From assembly GCF_009914755.1 (NCBI RefSeq), contig NC_060938.1: a stretch of DNA of 64,000 nt; one strand, given 5' to 3'. The stretch comes from the human T2T-CHM13v2.0 reference genome, Homo sapiens. The notes under the pieces are model-generated. The model saw only the letters and a list, made by a program, of their open reading frames with translations, made no database searches and was not told where the DNA came from. The position numbers were made by a program, and so were the translations under genes. Shown one piece after another: positions 59,305 through 64,000 of this stretch (positions within the stretch are counted from its first letter, which is position 1; the number at the start of each line of letters is the position of its first letter).

Positions 59305-62254
59305 GGGCATCCTGGGAGGGGTGGGCGGGGATGGTGCTGGGGGCTGCAGCAGGTGAGCTGGGCAGCATCCTGGAGGAGGTCTCATTGAGCTGGGCCTGTG
59401 TGAAAGCATCAGGGGCTGGGCCTGAAACCCAGGATGGTGGGCACAGGCACCTCCGTCTCCTGCTGTCTCCCTGGGCCACTTGGCCTCACTGCACCCTGCC
59501 CGTGGCTGAGGGTCCCAGCGGGTGGGGGTGGAGAAGATCGCAGGCCCCTTGCTGGGCAGCCCTGCTGGTGGATGGCACACCATGAACATTTAGGCACCCT
59601 CTCCCAGCGTTATGTGCACATTGATCGTGGCCAGGGTGGGTGGGAATGGATTTATAATTAGACAGCAGTCCGGGCGATCGATAGGGAGATTATTAGAACC
59701 ATAAATAGAACTTTAGGATTCAGATGAGGTAATTTCCCCTGAACCAGGGCATCGATCATTAGCGTGGCCCTGGAATGTTAATGGTGCCTGTTAGACTCTA
59801 GAGTTAAATACTTGTGGAGAGATGCGCTGCAAATCTCCACCACAGACCGTCAACCACCCCTGGGTCGAATGAGATTGTTCCAAGGCAAACACTGATCTGG
59901 GGCCAGCGGGTGGGACGGGGGTGCTGCAGCCCCCTCTGTTACACGATGTGGAGAGGAGGGGCAGGGACCAGCCATGGCACTTTGGCCTCGGCTGAGGCTT
60001 GGCAGGGGATGCTGAACGTTACTGGGTCTGGCCAGAAGGCTGGTCCTTGGAGGGGTGGTGGGTGGCCCAGGGCTCCCAGGGCCTCCTGCGGCCACAGGTG
60101 GGGCCTGGAACATCCCACATCTTGAGCATCCAGAGACTCCTGGGCTATGGAGCCGCCGGGCAGGGCTGTCCAGCGGTTCTTCCCGGACTGTTGGGCCGGG
60201 GCAGCGCTGCCGTTGCAGAGGGCAGAAGCTGCCCACGGAGCCTGGCCCTGTGCCTGTGCCCCACCCCTCCTGCCCTGAGAGCTCTGGACAGTGGTCATGG
60301 GGGCCACCCCAGTGCCCTGCCTGCACCACCAGAGGCTGCCATGGTCTGGGACATGCTGCGAACCGTGGCCCATTTCACGCTATGAACTGAGCTGCGAGAC
60401 CGAGGCTCTGGCCTTCAGAGCCCACAGTGGGTTGCAAGTGGCACCGTGGCCCTCCACAGAGGGGCGGCCCGGTGGGCAGTGTGGGGTGCTGGAGGTGTTG
60501 ACGGTGGCCCTGAGGAGCGGGGGTGCCTCCATACATGGAGATTGGGTGGCACCGGCTTGGGGGCTCCTGCCACCGCTGTGCTGGGCTGCAGGGGCCCTGG
60601 AGGGTGTCCCGTGGTCCTCACGGCTGAGATGGGCCAGGCAGGGGCAGATCTTTGAACTCAGGGCTGTCCAGGCCCTAGGGCCCTTTGAGTGACGAGGCTG
60701 GAGCTTCGCGTGGGTGGGCGAGTCCGCCCCATGGGGCTCTGCAGGGTGGCGCACATCCACACCCGTGCAGGGGTGACACTGGTGACAGAGTTCGGCTCTG
60801 AGCCTCCCTGGCCGCTCCTCAGCCCCTCCTCCTCCCTTTCTCCCCCACTTCTCAGCACAAAATAGCACCCAGTGAGGTGTTTATCTGGGGGGCTGGTGTC
60901 TTTCACGGGCCAGAACCTTACAGATGCGTTTGGGCCTGGAGGGCTCCTAAGAAGAGAGTTAGCTTGGCATTTCCTAAACTGTGCTCCACGGAACCCTGGT
61001 GTTCCCCGAGGTTGCAGGTGCTCTCTGCTGGCCGCCTGGTGCCTGCTGTGGTTAGGAAGCTCCCCGTGGGGTGGGTCCCGTGCGGCTATGCTTGGGGCCC
61101 TTGGCTCTGCGCCCCTCGGCCTCACGCTCCCCTCTCTCCTGCCTTTCCTTCCGTTTGCTGCTGTGGCACCTCCATCACATGCTCTGTCTGGCCGCCCGCC
61201 CCCCCTCTCTTCTGCCCCCGTGTTGTGGTCTTCCCTCTCGCCGTCCTCCCCTGCCCCCGGCTCTCGCTTTGCCAGACGGCTTCTTTTGGCATGCCCGGGC
61301 TCTGCTTCCGGCAGGAATTGGCAGTGGCCGTCCCGGCGGATGGGGCGGTGTCCCGGCAGCGCGTGGGACGGTGGAGCCGAGGCGCGTGCCGGACTCCTGA
61401 GACAGGTCAGTGTGGGGAGGCCCAGCTGGCCGCAGGCCTGTACCGTTGCTGGGCGGGGCCGGAACCTTCTGGCCGGAGGTGGAGTGGCTGGCCTGAGATG
61501 GGGGAGGGCTCGGGCCCTGTGGGAAGAGGGTGGAGGGGCCGGGTGGGCTGTGGTGTAGCAGCTCTGTCCCTGCTGCAGCCCCTCCAGCCTCGGTGCCCCT
61601 GTCCAGTGGGGGAGGCAGGGTGTCCTGGTGCCTCACTGGACACTGTGATTGGGCCTGGCCCAGGATGCCAAATGTGGCCCCACGGTGGTGCCATCGCGAC
61701 GAGCCACCTGTGGGTGCCACGCTGGCTGTGGGTGGTGCGGCCCCGGCCCCCAGGAGAACTGGCCCTGGGTGCTGACTGCCATGCCCAGGGGTGCTCAACC
61801 AGACCCGGCTCTGCTCCAGGGGCTCAGGACCTGCTGTTAATGTTGTAACTTTAAAGATCACTCTTTCCTGTCTGCTCAGCAAAGGAGTTTAGGCTTTTGA
61901 TAGGGAGCACATACATTAAGTGATAAAATAGAATTCACACTTGAGGTGAGGGAGTGGCTGGGAGAAGGAGAGGGCTGGCCGGGCTGGGTTCAGAGGGATG
62001 TACAGGAGTTCCTGGCCTGCAGGCTGCTGGTGGGGTGTGGTGTGCTGGCGCAATGTCCAGTGAGCTGTTCCAGGTCCCAGGTTCGCCCTTTTCTGCTACT
62101 GGGCAGTCCTTCTGGAAGCCCCGGAGGAGTGGCTGGTGCCTAGGGCCCAGGGGGCACCCAGCTTCCATCCAGCCTAAGTCTTGGGGCTCCCTGTGAACTT
62201 CCTTTCGCAGACATGGTTCTGTTCCAGGTCCCGGGAGGGGCCTGGAAGCTGGTA

Positions 62255-62305
62255 CCGGCCATGGGTTGGGCAGGGTGAGCCGGCCATGGGTTGGGCAGGG
62301 TGAGC
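62255..62305. repeat. Tandem duplication, 2 x 25 bp, six GGG runs
   Basis: CCGGCCATGGGTTGGGCAGGGTGAG occurs twice. Confidence 0.85.
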
Positions 62306-63417
62306 CCTCCATGGTGGTGAGGAGGGATACTGTCTGGGATGGCAGGGCCTCTGTCTGGAGTGTCCCTCCTGGGTCCCGGGGCGGCTTGTTCTGCTGACGT
62401 GCCGTGCCTGGCCTCTGGCCTGTGCCACTTGGGACACCCTGAGGACGCTGGGCCTTCCAGACCAGCCCACGTCCCCTCAGCACGGGGACCCCAGTCCTCT
62501 GCTAGCCTGGGTACAAAGGACGCCTCGGGCAGTGGTTATCGACTGGACACTTGGGGCCGAATGACGCTTGGCACCTGGGTGACCGTGACCTGACCAGGCC
62601 ACGGTGCCCAAGGGGGTCCTTGGAGAGCTTGGGGCACTGGGCCCTTGGGGAAGGGGCCGGGGCGAGGGGTGGCCAGGCTGAAGCAGGCTGCCTTCCCTGC
62701 CTTGCCTGGGGTTGCATCCCCCCACGCCGCCCAGGACCAGGTTTGGCCTGAGGGTTCGGGGTCCCACGTGTCTGGGAATGGAACGTGCGGAGGTGGAGCT
62801 CACGTTTGCTGGGCTGTCCCGGGCGTTTAATTACGTTTGTGCTTCATTATGAGGAGGCCTCCCTTTCTGGGATTTATTTGAGCTAATGAGTTGGAAATGC
62901 CAGGGTAGTATTTCAGATGAGGGAGCGCCACACATCACCGTACGTGGGGCAATTAGTGTTCCTGCCAAATAGTTATCGTGGTTTCTTCTCTAATTACGCC
63001 GCTGGGTGCTCCCAGGAGGCTCAGGGGTGAGAGGGTGGGGGGTCTGTGTCCATCGGTCTTGACCAGTGTGGTCGCTGCGATTCTGGAGTTTGATGGGGGA
63101 GAGGCGGAAAGTCTGGCTTCTGGACCACCATCTGCCTCCCTCTCTGCCTCCAAGGAGTCCTGCTGGGGCAGACCGCCCACACACCCCGAGCTGGGAACGT
63201 GACCTCACGGCCCAGGCAGGCCTTCCCCACTGGCCTCTCTGCCAGCCCTGATTTCTGGGGCCTTCCCGGCTTCACAGGCTGGGCCCTGGGGGTGCAGAGC
63301 CCCCAGGAATGTGCTGGGCTCTGGGGTGCCCAGGCCTGTCTCTCCCACTCCGGGTGCCAGGGGGCAGTGGTGTCTCTGCCCTTGCGTTCCTTATACGCAC
63401 TCTCTCCTTCCCTCCAG

Positions 63418-63605
63418 GCCGAGGCAGCGGTGGCGGCCGTGGCGGTGGCAGACACGGTCCGAGAATGCCCCCCCGTGGCCGGCCCTGATGGCTTGTCGAA
63501 GGCCTGGGGCCGTGGTGGAGTCTGCACGTCAGCCCTGGTCACCCCCACCCCGGGCTCGGTGGGGGGCTCCACAGGCCCCTCAGCTGCAGCCTCCTTCTTC
63601 ATAAG
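63418..63605 (+). CDS. KIF26A: KIF26A coding exon 4 (gene continues beyond the window)
   Basis: ctccag|GCC...AG|gtatgt; 188 nt, [19 protein letters not shown]...[10 protein letters not shown](R). Confidence 0.94.
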
Positions 63606-63864
63606 GTATGTCCTGGGGCTTCCTGGGCAGCCTTGTGGGCAGGGCCCCATGGCCCCGGCTGTGGGCCCCTGGGGACCTATGGGCCGTTCTTGGGGGACCT
63701 CGGGCATGCTTGCTGCTGAGACGAGTGGATGGGGAGCTGCTCCGACCACAGCTGCTGAGCCGCTCACAGCCTGCCGGCCTCTCGGGCCCCATGCCCGATG
63801 TTGGGGGGCATCTCATCCTCGGGGGAGCACTGCCAAGGAGGGGCTCTGTGGCCAGGACCCTGCC

Positions 63865-63995
63865 TGAGTTGGAGCCTGGTCCCTGCCTCTTCTGAGCTGT
63901 GCAATCTTGGGCAAATCAACTAACCTCTCTGTGCCTCAGTTTCCTCCCGTCAGCTGGGCTCTTCCTCATAGGAGTCGCTGTGACTGCAGCAAGAA
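63865..63995 (+). mobile_element. MIR SINE fragment
   Basis: CTGTGCAATCTTGGGCAAATCAACTAACCTCTCTGTGCCTCAGTTTCCTC. Confidence 0.75.
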
Positions 63996-64000
63996 AATGT

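Noticed and set aside
57998-59589. Long repetitive ORFs (493, 291, 233 and 208 aa)
   Set aside because: They arise from a stop-poor 42-bp VNTR open in five frames; no exon or promoter support

Overview
GC-rich primate genomic DNA. I recognise it as the human chr14q32.33 ASPG-MIR203-KIF26A interval, with all main genes on the + strand. Positions 731-17872 hold 13 coding exons of ASPG (asparaginase domain with HGTDT, plus ankyrin repeats), which splice in frame to ...EVLPGV-stop; the 5' exons lie outside the window. A CpG island at ~22-23.6 kb carries the MIR203A hairpin and its antisense partner MIR203B. An AT-rich block of nested, minus-strand L1/Alu/MaLR elements fills ~26-36 kb. A second CpG island (~40.6-44.7 kb) leads into the first four coding exons of KIF26A. 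There are three VNTRs (26, 61 and 42 bp units). Almost all long ORFs in the supplied track are GC-content or repeat artefacts. There is no CRISPR, tRNA or rRNA. I see no wholly new biological system. The best novelty lead is a protein-like 46-codon exon at 41792-41929, 2.1 kb upstream of the KIF26A ATG, ending at a strong phase-0 donor that fits KIF26A exon 2 in frame. Other leads are a KIF26A uORF, a compact pri-miR-203 transcription unit, an Alu-derived poly(A) site, a templated 67-bp duplication inside an old L1, and homeobox-rich AT islands. Exon numbers and repeat subfamily names come from memory and pattern recognition, not from database searches.
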